Shown here: piece by piece, positions 1-13,346 of the stretch | How positions within the stretch are numbered: position 1 is the first letter of the stretch | Layout of the letters: every line of letters starts with the position of its first letter | DNA from: Octopus vulgaris | Taxonomy: Eukaryota | DNA: 64,000 bases | Direction: 5' to 3' | Assembly: GCA_951406725.2 (NCBI GenBank) | Contig: OX597825.1 | Span: 76,260,001 to 76,324,000 of the forward strand | Program-made: the position numbers and the translations under genes | Notes under the pieces: model-generated | The model's input: only the letters and a program-made list of their open reading frames with translations | Told to the model about the DNA's origin: nothing | Database searches by the model: none

Positions 1-187
1 CACAGCCACTCATCGTTGGGACGGTGAATTTGTGAATTTCGAAATTTGGGAACACTTGATGAATGATGGTATGAATGCTTTCCACAAATGATGAGGGATC
101 AAAATAGCCTTCAGTCAAGGGATATTTTGCTTTCACCAAGTTTTAGGATGTTTTGAGCTAACTCTGCAGAAACGTTGTCACTGTAAG

Positions 188-600
188 AAATTTCAGTTCA
201 CAAATGAAAATAAGATTAATTGGTATCATAGAACTTGTAAGAGAAGGAATGTTGTTGAAATAGTAAATGAAATCAAAATGTTTAATATAACACCAAATTT
301 CAGTTCAGAAGATGAAAATACAATAACTCGGAATAGTAATACTTGTAAGGAAAGGTATGTTCAAATAGTAGATGAAATCGAAATCTGTTGTATATCAATA
401 AATTTCAGTTCACAAAACGAAAATACAATTACTTTTAATCGTAATGCATCTAAGAGAATGAATGTGGAAATAGTAGATGAAATAAGAATCGTATTTTTTT
501 TATACATCACCAAATTTCACTTCACCAATGGAAAATATGATTACTTTTAATCGTAATACATGTAAGAGAATGGATGTTCCAATAATAGATCAATGTGAAA
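188..600. repeat. Degenerate tandem repeat, about 4 units of 105-112 bp
   Basis: Motif aaatttcagttca/aaatttcacttca recurs at 188, 295, 400 and 512, each followed by gaaaat...aatcgtaat...taagaga...aatagtagatgaaat-like blocks. Confidence 0.75.
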
Positions 601-1069
601 GTGTTTTATGGATAAGATGAATTTGAAGCAGCTGGAAAATGTGTCTTTGCATAAACTGTAAATTGGGTATTTGACGTAGCATTAGAAATTGCATTTGTGT
701 TGTGGAGAACTTTTGGCCTCATGGTCATATGGTTTCCGTCTTTGGGACTTCTGACACCAGCGTATGTGGACGGATATTTTTTTAGGGGCAATCAGCAGAT
801 AAGGTCATAGACATAAAATACACTGGTATCAAGTGTCCAATGAATTTGGCGCATGGAAAGACAAGAATATATGTATGCAAAGAAGAAAATACTCACAACC
901 ACCCAGTGGGTGCTTTTCTATAAATGAAAGCAGTTAAGATGTGCTTATCTGTAACTCCCTTCCCATGTTGTGAGAGTTATATGTTGAGAGATGTAGAAAA
1001 GAATGTATGTATATGTAGGTATATATAAATATACATGTGTGTTATGTTTGTGCATGAGAATATGTCAGT

Positions 1070-1106
<37 letters not shown>

Positions 1107-1108
<2 letters not shown>

Positions 1109-1612
1109 TCATCATCATCATCATCATCATCACCGTTTAACGTCCGTTCTCCATGCTGGCATGGGTTCGATGGTTCGACAGGGGATCTGGGAAACCAGAA
1201 GGCTGCACCAGGCTCCAGTCTGATCTGGCAGTGTTTCTACAGCTGGATGCCCTTCCTAACGCCAACCACTCCGTGAGTGTAGTGGGTACTTTTTATGTGC
1301 CACCTGCACAGGTGCCAGACAAGGCTGGCAACAGCCACGGTTGGATTGGTGCATTTTACATGCTACCGGCACGGAAGCCAGTCGAGGCGGCGCTGGCATC
1401 GGCCAAGTTCAGATGGTGCTTTTTACGTGCCACCGGCACAGGGATCACAACAGCAGTTTCCATTGATTTTGATGTTGGTGTACTTGACTCAATGGATCTC
1501 CTCAAGCACAGGGTCGAAATGGTGTTTCTTCACTTGCCACCTGAACAGGAGTCAGTCCAGCAGTCCTGGCAACTGCCGGGTGCCAGTCGTAGGATTGGTT
1601 CAATTTCGATTT
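1107..1612 (-). mobile_element. RTE-family LINE 3' UTR fragment with (GAT)n tail
   Basis: Reverse complement of the 3' UTR of the RTE at 53160-53708; internal ~60-bp repeats; tail abuts (TA)n. Confidence 0.85.
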
Positions 1613-3107
1613 TTTAATAATAATATTAAATAATAATATTAAATAATAATATTATTTGTAAATAATAATAATGGTATTTTTATATAAGCTTAAAGCTTAT
1701 GGCAATCACTAGGCATCTTAATTATAACATCTATTATTTTCATGCTTGCATGGTTTTAACAGAATGTGTTGAGGTTTTCTATGGCCTGATGCCCTTCCTG
1801 TCACTAACACTCACCTGATTCCAAGCAAGGTCGTATTTCTTCCTGGTCTGACATATTTTCACAGTAGAATGGAATTGAAAAGTTTTTGACTAATTATGCC
1901 ATGTCAAGGTAAGGAGACAAACATAGCATATATGCACACACACACACACATTTATTGATAATAATAAAGTTAGAAGAAATGAAGTCTTTCTTCCTTAGTT
2001 TATATAAAGGTACAAAAAGCTTCAAACTTTCCAAGGAAATGAAATGGAATGAAATAAAATTATATAAAGTCAAACAATGTAGAATACCCCAGGAGTACAA
2101 CCATTCTCAAATGCTTGGCGTAATTTCTGAAATGTTAATTTTAAATATTGTAAATATTCTATTTATTTTACTTTCTTTTATTTTAGCCCATTCCATTTCA
2201 TTTACTTGGGAAATTTGAAGGCTTTCTTTACCTGTATATCAATAACATAAAGGAAGAATTCCTTCATTTCTTCTCACTCATATTATTATTAGTAATAATA
2301 TACTATTCTGTATAATACCAGAAAAGTTTTATTCCTTATAAATATATCATCATCATCATCATTGTCGGGCTTTAGTAGAATAAACTTGCCCAAGATTCTG
2401 CATGGAGAGATTGAACACCAAGCCATGCAGTTGGGAACCTATTTTAAAATAGAAAATCTGTATTCACAGTTGAATATTTGATAACTGACTCCCATCACAT
2501 TTGTGGTCTATATCCTGTTGCAGGAATATCCTTGAGCAAGGCACTTCACTAATCTCATTTCTCTCTCCTCCCCTCCCTCCCTCACTCTTTCTCTTTCCAG
2601 GTCTTCATACTTCACTTGGGCATTCAAATGACCCCAGTTTTAATTATACTAAATTAGGGATTTAATATACATCAAAGATCCTGTATGGACAGACAGAGAC
2701 ACTTGTGTCTCATTTCAATGACATCATATCACATGGTACTTATATTGAGGCACTTCATCATGACACAATACAAAGAAGTCTTGTACTGATTCATGGCATT
2801 GTTGAAATACTCCACTCCTTTCATTTCAATCCTCCCATTTGTTTCCTTCTATCAATCACCAATTTCACACCCACTTTACCATACTTGCATGAGTCAAACA
2901 GAATGTTTTGAGGCTGGTTTCCTAAAGCTGAATGTTCTTTCTGTCACTAAGACTCAACCACCTCCCAGGAAGGCAATATTTCTCGATGGCCAGATGTTTT
3001 CCCGTGAAGGACTGGAAACAAAGGACAACACTTTTGTGACAATAACATTCATTTATAACTAATACTTGATGTCAAGCCAAAGAGATGCAAGTATTCAGAC
3101 ACGCACA

Positions 3108-3187
<80 letters not shown>

Positions 3188-3344
3188 ACACCTGCCTTCC
3201 CATATTCATGTGTCAGGTTTCTTTCCAAAGCCACGAAGAAGGCTTTGGTCAGTCAAGGGCTATAGTAGAAGGCACTTGCCCAAGATGTCACTCAGTGTGT
3301 GTGTGTATACATATCTAGAGAAAAATACATAGATATATTCTTTT

Positions 3345-3550
3345 CTATTCTAGGCACAAGGCTCAAAATTTGGGGGCAGGGGCCAGTCAATTAGATCAAT
3401 CCCAGTAAGCAACTGGTACTTAATTTATCGACCCCAAAAGGTTGAAAGGCAAAGTGGAACTTGGAATTTGAATTCAGAATGTAAAGACAGACGAAATACC
3501 ACTAAACATCTCACCCAGCGTGCTAACATTTCTGCCAGCTCACCACCTTA
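3345..3550 (-). mobile_element. tRNA-derived SINE with Meta-like central domain
   Basis: Same family as 28122-28353 and 46038-46270 (gagctggcagaa head, ctttgcctttca...ggggtcgataaa core). Confidence 0.8.
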
Positions 3551-3827
3551 GATAAATTATAGATATTGATATGTATATACACTTATATATACTGACATAC
3601 ATGCATATACGAATATGTATGTATATATATATATATCATCATCATCATTGTTTAACATCTGTTTTCCATGGCATGGGCTGGATTGTTTGACTGAGGACCA
3701 GCAAGCCTAGAGGCTGCACCAGGCTCTAGTCTGACCTGGCAAGGTTTCTACAGCTGGATACCCTTCCTATCCATCTGTATGTTGATCTGTTTACTTTCAC
3801 ATCCATATGCTTACATACATATACATA

Positions 3828-3933
3828 CGAGGGGTGTTTGAAAAGTCTTGAGCCTCAAAAACACAAAACATGGAACAAGACTTCTGATAAAGGTATAAGA
3901 CTTCAAAGCTCAAAACTTTTCATACACCCCTTG
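3828..3933. mobile_element. Mariner-type MITE
   Basis: TIRs cgaggggtgtttgaaaagt / acttttcatacaccccttg, TA on both sides. Confidence 0.75.
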
Positions 3934-4191
3934 TATATACATACACCTACACACATGCATACATACGTCTATCCATTCAATGGACAGTTGTGATCACAAC
4001 TGGAATAAAATTGTGATGGTACATGTAATATATGATTTTATATAATCCAGTTTGATGAATAAGCATTTGAATTTGAGTGGATAGTTTATTTTCAAAATAT
4101 AAATGGTGTTGTATTCACTAATATTTGTGCTGGTTCGGTGTGTGTGTGTATAAATTGAACAGTATATGTTACTTGTGTGCATTTATGTGCT

Positions 4192-4236
<45 letters not shown>

Positions 4237-4387
4237 TTGTTGAAATGGAAAGATGAATTTTCTTGTTACAGATTATTCAAAAGTTTAACCGATACCTGGG
4301 TAGCAAAAATCACAGCAGAAAAAAACACGGTTGGAGATAAGACCATTTGGTGTTGCAACCGTGTGTTGGTGCGGATAATTGAAGTTT

Positions 4388-4697
4388 AATATAATTAGTG
4401 AATGGAAGAAATGGAGTTGAACGAAGATTGTACAGAATTCCAAAACAGAGGCGCAGCAAAGCAATTCGAACGAGTTAACCATGGGCTCTTAAGGAGCGTC
4501 CTCGTTCGAATTGCTTTGCTGCGCCTCTGTTTTGTTTTGTTCTGACAACGTAATTCCTGGTTTTTCCTGAAGAGAAAGCTGCAATATGGTATCCTTATTT
4601 AATCAAAATTTGGAAAATTGTGGCCTTTGAAACATGTGTAGAATGTAATAAAAGGAATTCTGTACAATCTTCGTTCAACTCCATTTCTTCCATTCAC

Positions 4698-4704
<7 letters not shown>
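4388..4704. repeat. Inverted repeat, probably a PLE terminal-repeat remnant
   Basis: 4390-4441 is the reverse complement of 4654-4704; 4441-4474 is the reverse complement of 4501-4534. Confidence 0.8.
4564..4643 (+). ncRNA. Type I hammerhead ribozyme fold, degenerate
   Basis: ttc-CTGAAGA-gaaagctgcaat...attgtggccttt-GAAA-catgtg-TA-gaa: both core boxes, long stem II, near-palindromic stem III, short stem I. Confidence 0.6.
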
Positions 4705-4737
<33 letters not shown>

Positions 4738-5843
4738 CAAAATAAGAAATTATAAATTTGCACTCGTATGTACATCTATGCACCTGTGGAACTTAATATC
4801 ATGTAAACAGAATGCTTTTATTTCTTATTTTGTATGTATATGCAGATATTTAATGCTTTGCATGGTACTGTAGTACTATTGTGGTCCTTGGTTTTGCTAT
4901 TATATTGCTAATAATGTGATCTATATATTGTTTTGCTAGTATTAGTGTTATTAATAATAAGAATAATGATGTTGGTAGCAATAGTGGTAATGATAATAGC
5001 AATGATGTTAACATTAATGACATTTTTAAATTAATATAAATTAATATAATGTACTCTTGACTCTGTATATCTGCATTTGGGTATTAATATGTGTATGTTT
5101 TCTGCATTGTAATATCATAATATTAAGTTGAAAAACTGTAACATTGAATATGGAACATATATATGTTTATTGATTTATATTATTTATATTATTTTGTATA
5201 TGTATATGTATATGTATAGAAGTATGAGTATATGCACCCATATGTATATGTATATGATTTATGATGGGTATGTACCCACACTTATATGAGTGTATATGTA
5301 ATTTGGTTTGTACTTCATAATCTCCAAAGAGGCCTTAGGATATTTTGTAAATGTCTCATTTATAACTACATATTGACCTACTACACATGGCTAATATAAG
5401 TAAAATGAGACATACTTATCTGCATGGCCGAAACAGCTGTAAGATGTAGTTTATATTTATATTTATTTATATTTATATTCTCTTATACATATTGTACTTA
5501 TTGTATAATATTACTTCTTTATGTACACTCCTTTATGTACACTGTTTTGTTCTATATTATTATGTTTGACCTTAAAGTTTCTTATGTAGTGGTTCAATAA
5601 AGTATGTGATTGGGTATTATCTGGTAGTTGATATTTGATTTGGATGTATTTCTCCATTTTCTTATTTTGTATTAAGAATTTGTGGTAAAACATTTTACCT
5701 TTGCCCATACAATACAGTAAATGAATTAATTGCATCGGAATTCTTAACATTTATGTATTAACTTTGTTGTGTACCTCACTAGCAGTATATTGGATATATG
5801 TTATCCCATGGAGGGTTGCATTTACAACCCCTATCTCAATTTG

Positions 5844-5888
<45 letters not shown>

Positions 5889-6070
5889 TGAACCTCTTAC
5901 AGTTTCCATCTACTAAATCCACTCACAAGGCTTTGGTCAGCCAGTGGCTATAGTAAAAGACACTTGCCCTAAAGTGATGTGCAGTGGGTTTGAACCTAGA
6001 ACCATGTGATTGGGAAGCCAACTTCTTACCCTGCAGCCATACTTGTTTCTATATTTCTTTTTTTTTTTTT

Positions 6071-6464
6071 CTTACTTGTTTCAGTCATTTGACTGCAGCC
6101 ATGCTGGAGCACCGCATTTAGTCGAGCAGATCGACCCCGGGACTTATTCTTTGTAAGGCCAGTACTTATTCTATTGGTCTCTTTTTGCCGAACCGCTAAG
6201 TGATGGGGACATAAACACACCAGCATCGGTTGTCAAGCAATGCTAGGGGGGCAAACACAGACACACAAACATATACACACACATACATATATACATATAT
6301 ACGACAGGCTTCTTTCAGTTTCCGTCTACCAAATCCACTCACAAGGCTTTGGTCGGCCCGAGGCTATAGCAGAAGATACTTGCCCAAGATGCCACACAGT
6401 GGGACTGAACCCGGAACCATGTGGTTGGTAAGCAAGCTACTTACCACACAGCCACTCCTACGCC
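6071..6464 (-). mobile_element. Near full-length tRNA-derived SINE with CORE-like domain and CR1-like 3' tail
   Basis: Minus-strand head ggcgtaggagtggctgtgtggtaag...gggttcagtccc, cttgggcaagt box, tail gcggtgctccagcatggctgcagtcaaatgactgaaacaag; partial copies near 5895, 36585, 37795, 38500, 39165, 57425 and 58150. Confidence 0.85.
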
Positions 6465-6759
6465 TATATACTTAATCTAAAAAAACAGAATGAAGGAAAA
6501 ACACAAGAGAAATCACCAACGATGCGAGAATGTTGTACATGCAAAGTATTAAAAGATGCTCAGTGAAGGAAAGAAAGGGTGTTTGACATTCCGGGCAAAG
6601 CTCTTCTTGAAAAAAAGGAGACAAAGGAAAGTCCAAGAGAAAAGGAAGGCAGAGGAAAAAAATCACCAACAATACACATCTAGTTACATTTTGGAATGAC
6701 CGGAATGGAATGGGCAAAGAAAAAGTTGTTTCTAAGAGAGGAGGAGGTATCTGTGCATA

Positions 6760-7990
6760 TGTGTGAGTAAGTACGTGTGTGTGTGTGTGTGATAACATGT
6801 GTATGTGTATGTGTGTGTTTGTGTGTGTGTGGTGGAAACTGAGGTGCGTGTGTGTATGCAGGTGGTGGTAAGTGTGTGTGTGTGTTGTGTACGATATTAA
6901 CTGTTTATATGTGTGTGTGTGTGAGGGATCATTGCGTCTGTTAATGTTGTAGGAAGAATTCAGTAGTTATGGTAACAGGAGTGGTGGTCTTTAGTGTAGT
7001 TGTGTGTTTTTGTACATATGGGTAGTTGAGATGGTCAGTGGTAGAGAGTCTGAGAGGCAGCCTGAAGGGTGTGTGTGTGTGTGTGTGAGTGAGCGTATGT
7101 GCATGTGTGTATGCATATGTGTACATATGTATATGCATGTATGTAAGAGTGTGTGCATGTGCATGTATGCTTATGTTGTGTGTGAGTGTGGTGTGTGGAA
7201 GGCATGTGTGTGTTTGCATATGTGTGTGTGATGCATGTGTATATGTGTGTGTGTGCATGTGTATATGTGTGCATGCATGTGTATATGTGTGCATGCATGT
7301 CTATATGTGTGCGTAGTGTGTGCGCATGGGGTTGTGTGTTTGGAGGTATATGTGCATTCTTGTGTGTGTGTGTGTGTGTGTGTGTGCATGTATATGTGCA
7401 TGCGTGTGTTTTTATGTGTATGAGTGTGTTTTTGTATGTGTGTGTGTATGTGTGTGTGTGTGTATGTGTGTGTGTGCATGGTAAATACATAACAAATATG
7501 CAAAATTGCTTTGGCATTAGAACTCTGAGTGGCCAAACCTGCATTTACAAAATTATAAAGAAAGGAGAAACACACAGAAATAAATAGTGAAAATGATTTG
7601 AGAAAAGTTGATCAATGACTTACATTTCTGTCTCCAACAAATTGTCCCTTGCTTCCTTGTTCCCCTCTTTTTTATATATGAATCCATTTACACATATGTG
7701 TGTGTGTGTGTACATGTGTGTGTGTGTGTATGTGTCTGTGTATACATGTGTGTGTATGTCTGTGCTTCTCTCTCTTTCTCAGCTTTGAATAAATTAATAA
7801 ACCACACTATATATATATCATTGGTCGAAGCACACTCTAAAAAACTTCAGTGCAGTTATAATTAATATACTTGTGGGTTATAACTAATGTATATATACGC
7901 ATACATACATACATAAATAAATACATACATACACACATACATACATACATACATACATACATACATACATACATACATACATACATACAT
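6760..7990. repeat. (GT)n/(GTAT)n/(CATA)n low-complexity tract
   Basis: Direct reading; source of the spurious CV- and HT-rich ORFs. Confidence 0.9.
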
Positions 7991-8502
7991 ACAAACAGAT
8001 AGACAAAACAATTGATAACAATTGAAAATGAGATGAAAAGGAGATAGGTAGAAAATTGTCCAATAAGAAGAAATAATTTTGAAACAAAGAGAGAGATTAA
8101 CAGAGAGCAGTTGTATGTAATTGTGAGTGTTTGCAAATGAGTGTGAGTAAAATTTTACTTGTTGTGTTGAAACAACACTTAATTAAACAATCAGCTATTT
8201 ATGAATTTGTTATATTTAACACAAAAGACATTGAGCATCAAACAGGAAGAGAAAAAGAAATTTAGGATACTGCTTATATAGTGTTCTAAAGATGAACTAT
8301 TACAATGTGTACACATATATATGAATAGAAACACATTAACGCACAGATACATCAAAAGCACAATCTCACATACACACACTCATACATTCACACACTGAAA
8401 CTCAAACACACTCATATACTCACTCATACTCAACTACTAAACAGACATGCACACACAAATACACATGTGTAACTTTTCTGCTGCTAAAAGAAATAGTATG
8501 TA

Positions 8503-9784
8503 TCAGGTCATTCCATAAGTTCTGTCCAAATTTTGAATAAAAAAAACAAGTGATCAAATGTTTTATTTAATTGACATTTAATCATCAATGTACATTCCCT
8601 GATTATCTATGACTTCCTTCCATCCATTTACAAGATTTTTAATACCATCAATGTAAAACTCTTTTGGTTTCAAAGCGAAGAACTCTGAAATGTCAGTTTC
8701 AACCTCCTCCTGGCTTGCGAAAGTTATGTCCCCCAAACGATTCTGTAAACTGTGAAACAAATGGTAGTCTGAAGGAGCAAGGTTGGGAGAATAAGGTGGA
8801 TGAGGAATTTTTTCCTAACCAAGTTCTTTGATCTTCTGTGATGTGATCTTTGCTGTGTGGGGTCACGCATTGTCCTGATGAAACATAACTCCTTTACGAT
8901 TCACTAAAGCGGGTCTTTTTTCTTCAAAGCTTGGTTCAAATGCTCTAGTTGCTGATAGTAGACTTGAGCATTGATTGTTGCATTAGGTGGTAACAATTCA
9001 AAGTGAATTACTCCTTTGCAATCCCACCAGATAGAGAGAAGAACCTTTTTTCCATGAAGTTCCCTTTTCGGTTGTGGTTGAGCCTTTTCCCTTTTACCAA
9101 GCCACTGTTTACGACATTTAACATTTCAATAGAAGATCCATTTTTCATCACAAGTCTATCCAAAAAGGGTGAAATGAGTTCGCAAGAATGGAGAGAAGAG
9201 CAGATGTCAACTCGGGAATTGTGGTTACTTTTGGACCATTCATGAGGCACCCATTTTCCAAGTTTAGGAACCTTTCCAAGTTGTTAAAGATGATGATAAA
9301 CAGTTGTATGGTTTGAACTAAGCTTTATTGCCAATTCTTCAACTGATAATGCAGGATTTTCTTCAAGGTTTGCCTTGAGGAGCTTATCATCAAACTCAAC
9401 TGGACATCTTGTTTGATCTTCATCTTCAAGACTGAAATCTCCACTTCTAAATTTTGCAAACCATCTTCTGCAAGTTCTTTTGTTCAAGCATTCTTTCCCA
9501 TAAACTGAGTGTATGTTTCGAGTTGCTTCAGCCGCAGAGTTTCCTTTTTTGCACTCATAAAGCATTATGTGCCTCAAATGCTCTTTGGATACTTTCATGT
9601 TAGAAAGGGTTTTAATCAAAGAAATTTTAATTCTATTATTCTGTAAAATAATTTTTAATTAGTTTAAATGTACACAAATGCATAAAAATATATTTAAATT
9701 TCCATTAAACATTCTAAAATACTGTTAAATTTCATTCAATTTTAAAAAAAGGGAAAATTGGAGAGAACTTATGGGATGACCTGA
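8503..9784 (-). mobile_element. Full-length mariner element with decayed transposase
   Basis: ~31-bp TIRs tcaggtcat(t/c)ccataagttct(g/c)tccaa, TA TSDs at 8501 and 9785; HTH fragment 9284-9619; HQDNA*PH and PPYSPNLAPSDYHLF motifs; stops and frameshifts. Confidence 0.93.
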
Positions 9785-9811
9785 TACATATATATGAAAT
9801 AATACAAATAT

Positions 9812-9872
<61 letters not shown>

Positions 9873-9891
9873 CACATATATATATATACAC

Positions 9892-10370
9892 ATTGGGTTG
9901 TCAGATAAATTCATCTCTTTCTTCCCAATGTTATTTGAATTAACGCAAAAAGTATCTTTATTGCAGTGTTTGTCAGTGTTTTGTGGCTCTATTCTTCTTA
10001 TGTTCATGGTTTTTGAAATTTGAATAAACTTCACTTCTTTTCTGACATATGATGATGGAGCACCAAGTAGAGAAAAAGTTGAGCATTTTTGACCCTGCTT
10101 CTCTAAATTTTCATTTAAAATTCCAAAGCAGCTAAAGCCACTCATATGGAGAAAATGCTATTACTGATAAAACTGCACAGAAATGATTTTCACACTTCAA
10201 GGTGCAGTGGGAGGGGAACCTCTCAGACACTCCATATTGTGGCCAACCTGTTCAGTTGAATGATGACTGATTCAACAAGCTCATCTGTAAGGATCCATGC
10301 CAATCCATTTGGGAAATTGCCCAGTAGATGGAATGCTCTCCTAATTTGATCATCCATCACCTTTGGTATC
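9892..10370 (+). mobile_element. 5' remnant of a second mariner element
   Basis: ttgggttgtcagataaattc TIR-like start; YGENAITDKTAQK*FSHFK HTH-like fragment. Confidence 0.55.
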
Positions 10371-10378
10371 CCTTAAAG

Positions 10379-10682
10379 CAGGGCTGGCCAACCTAAGACC
10401 CACAGGCCACATGCAGCCCACTTGATATTTTCTTGAAATTGATTTATTTAGACAAACATTTAAAAAATTTTGTCAAAAATTAAAGATTGTAAAGAAAAGG
10501 AAAAAGAGAAAGATCCCCTGTTTTGAAGCAATATTTCATGCTGAATCAACAATCATTCATTCACTGTTGTAATAATAGCATGAGAAAGCAAAATGTTTTC
10601 AATTCTGTCAGTATAGAAGTGGCCTTCAAAAAACTTCCTGTGATTAAAGTGGCCCACAATGTAATTTGTGTTGACAGGCTTG
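10379..10682. mobile_element. Possible non-autonomous hAT-type element
   Basis: cagggctggccaac start and gttgacaggcttg end resemble imperfect hAT TIRs. Confidence 0.35.
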
Positions 10683-11237
10683 TGGTGAAGTGATTGCAGA
10701 GCAATGTGAGATGAAGTGTTTTGCTCAAGAACACAACACACCTCCTGGTTTAGGTGTGCAACACCCAAACTGCTAGGACATGCATTCTCAAAATAATGAG
10801 TCAATATTATTATTGTTTGTAAATTGAAATTAAAATGCATAGTTGATGTTAATATATAGGGAATAATTTGTATAAGTAGGTTACAATTAAGTAAGTGGAT
10901 GCCTAATATCAAGCAAGTGAGCATTGTTATTTGTATAATAAAAATAATTATATGTCAATTATAATCCTCCTATTATTGTGGCAGTGACAAGGACCCATTA
11001 GTAATCAATAATGGTATTGCAATCTTTGATAAGAAGTTGGGAGAAAGCACTTATATCCAAAACCCATGATAATATTACAATAAAGGTCTGAGAAAGTGTG
11101 TTAAATTTTTTTCTTAAAGCAAGATTTATTATATAAGGAGGATTGGTTATAAAATAAGATTGAATAGTTGAATAGATATAACTATAATACTTGAAAATAT
11201 AACTGTTATAGTTATATTTGTGTGTGTATATATATAA

Positions 11238-11311
<74 letters not shown>

Positions 11312-12330
11312 GGAGGGGCACGCTTATAGGTTGGTATATATTCGGCATCTTAAAGAAGATTTTCCCATCAGTTCTCTTTCTTCTATACAGAGATGACGCT
11401 CAAGCAACTCTTGAGGGGCTAACATCTGCACTCTTGAAAGGCCTAATTAGCACACGTGTGGCTCAAAATTACAATCGCGATTAACTTCGCCGTTGTAAAC
11501 TTTTTGGATGCTACCTTAGACCTGAGTTTTGTTCTTACAGACCCTACCACAAAGCAAAATGTGAGGCTGCCCTACACTAACACAACCTTCTGTCATATTC
11601 AGGAACATAATGAAGGGTGACAGAATCTTGAACCTGTCCTCGAACCAAGTGATGTTCAACGCCACAGCCCACTTTTTACAACATGGTTTTGGCATCCACT
11701 GAGTTTAAGCACCGCATTTCCTAATTGCCAAACCCTGGCACTAGCAAAAGGAAGTACCATTGGAATGTAGTTTGGCTTTCTCCACCCTTCTTTCTTAATG
11801 TTAAAAGCTGTGTGTGAAGAATATTCCTTTGATTGTTGGACAAACATTTCTCACACTCTTAAGGATCCGGACGTTTGTTCAGTAATTTTATTGTCTGGAC
11901 AATAAAATAAGAACAATAAAAAATAAGCTGAAGTGAAGATCGAATATATAGTGCGTATCTTTAATTGGCCAGAAAAGAAGAAAGAAAAGAACAAAAGACC
12001 ATGGCAAAATATAACAATAACTGTTTCAACAGACGATTTCATAGGAATTTTGCAAAACAAACGCATAAACGTTTCATTGTGAAGCCCTTGGATTTATAAA
12101 TGAACCTCTGAGAGAAAGGGGAAGTCCTGCCCATTCCATAATATCCTTATCTAGGAGAACTGAATGTGTTTTTAAATGAAAATAATGCAGAATATACAAT
12201 TCATAAAGTAACATTTACTTTAAACCATGTAAAAAATTATGTATATATAGTGCAATCTCCACCTGTGCTGCTTGTCTATATATTTACGGGTTAAGGTAAA
12301 ATTTGTTAACGGTAAAGAGAAAAACATAGG
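11238..12330. repeat. Local duplication, block A copy 1
   Basis: High identity to 13313-14000; copy 2 lacks about 11520-11790. Confidence 0.9.
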
Positions 12331-12366
12331 AGATAGATAGGTAGATAGATAGATAGATAGATAGAG

Positions 12367-12860
12367 GGTCTTTATGCATAAACAAACTATTGATCGTACA
12401 CAAGATATGCCACTTTTTAAATTGTAAAATATTTAATAGTAGAACGAAACAAACACGGTGAAGTTTCAGATCTGCACGCGACTTAATTTAGATATTCTCC
12501 GATTTGACGGAGATTTTCCGAATTTTTTTTGTTCGCCACGACTTTCGAAAAGAGAGAGTGGGAGGTGCATCTGTTTATGGAAAAATAATTTCTGCAAATT
12601 CAAGATCTTTTTCACATCCATCCCATCGCGCATTCCTTCAGACAGATTTTGGCCAATTCTTTTGGCACGAAAATCCACGTGAAAGACTTTGATCTTCCTT
12701 TCTTTTCCTCCGTTGCTCTCTTAAAGATTTGTCTGTTTAATAGAAGAGAGATAACTCTGACATTTACTTATTAGCTTCACGTCCCTTGGCGACTATTTTC
12801 TTGCAATAAAACGCAAAGTGAGTCATTGGTCACACAAGAGAGAGATAGATAGAGAGAGAG
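12367..12860. repeat. Local duplication, block B copy 1
   Basis: Nearly identical to 15449-15955. Confidence 0.92.
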
Positions 12861-13214
12861 AGATAGAGAGAGAGAGGATTAGAGGACAAAGGGAATAGGA
12901 GTGGATGGAAGTCAGAGATGTTGAAGGCAGGCTGAGAGCATTCAAAGGTTTTCTTCTGAAGATACGGATATTCTAATCAAAATACAACTGCAAATTTGTA
13001 TCGTAACTTATATATAATCTATCAGATTCAAACGCACACACACAGACACACGCGCGCATACACACACACACACACACACAGACACACACACACATGCATC
13101 GCATATACATACATACATACCCACACAAATATATATATATGAAATAAAATTATTAAACACATTTGTTTTCAGAATATTCTCGTTCTCATATATAGAGATG
13201 TTGTTTGACTGAGA

Positions 13215-13261
<47 letters not shown>

Positions 13262-13310
13262 TGTATGTATGTTTGTATGTGTATGCATATGTGTGTATGT
13301 ATATATAAAT

Positions 13311-13312
<2 letters not shown>

Positions 13313-13346
<34 letters not shown>

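Noticed and set aside
606-791. Minus-strand 61-aa ORF as a terminal exon
   Set aside because: No convincing acceptor (pyrimidine tract ends in CAT, not CAG) and no recognisable motif
1153-1633. Recurrent MLAWV...LDALPNANH ORFs (also at 29921, 42561, 54051)
   Set aside because: Antisense frames of the RTE 3' UTR, not a gene family
6578-6615. Hammerhead-like remnant on the minus strand
   Set aside because: Both core boxes mutated; too degenerate to call
6941-7587. Several 100-170 aa ORFs rich in CV or HT
   Set aside because: Translations of (GT)n low-complexity DNA
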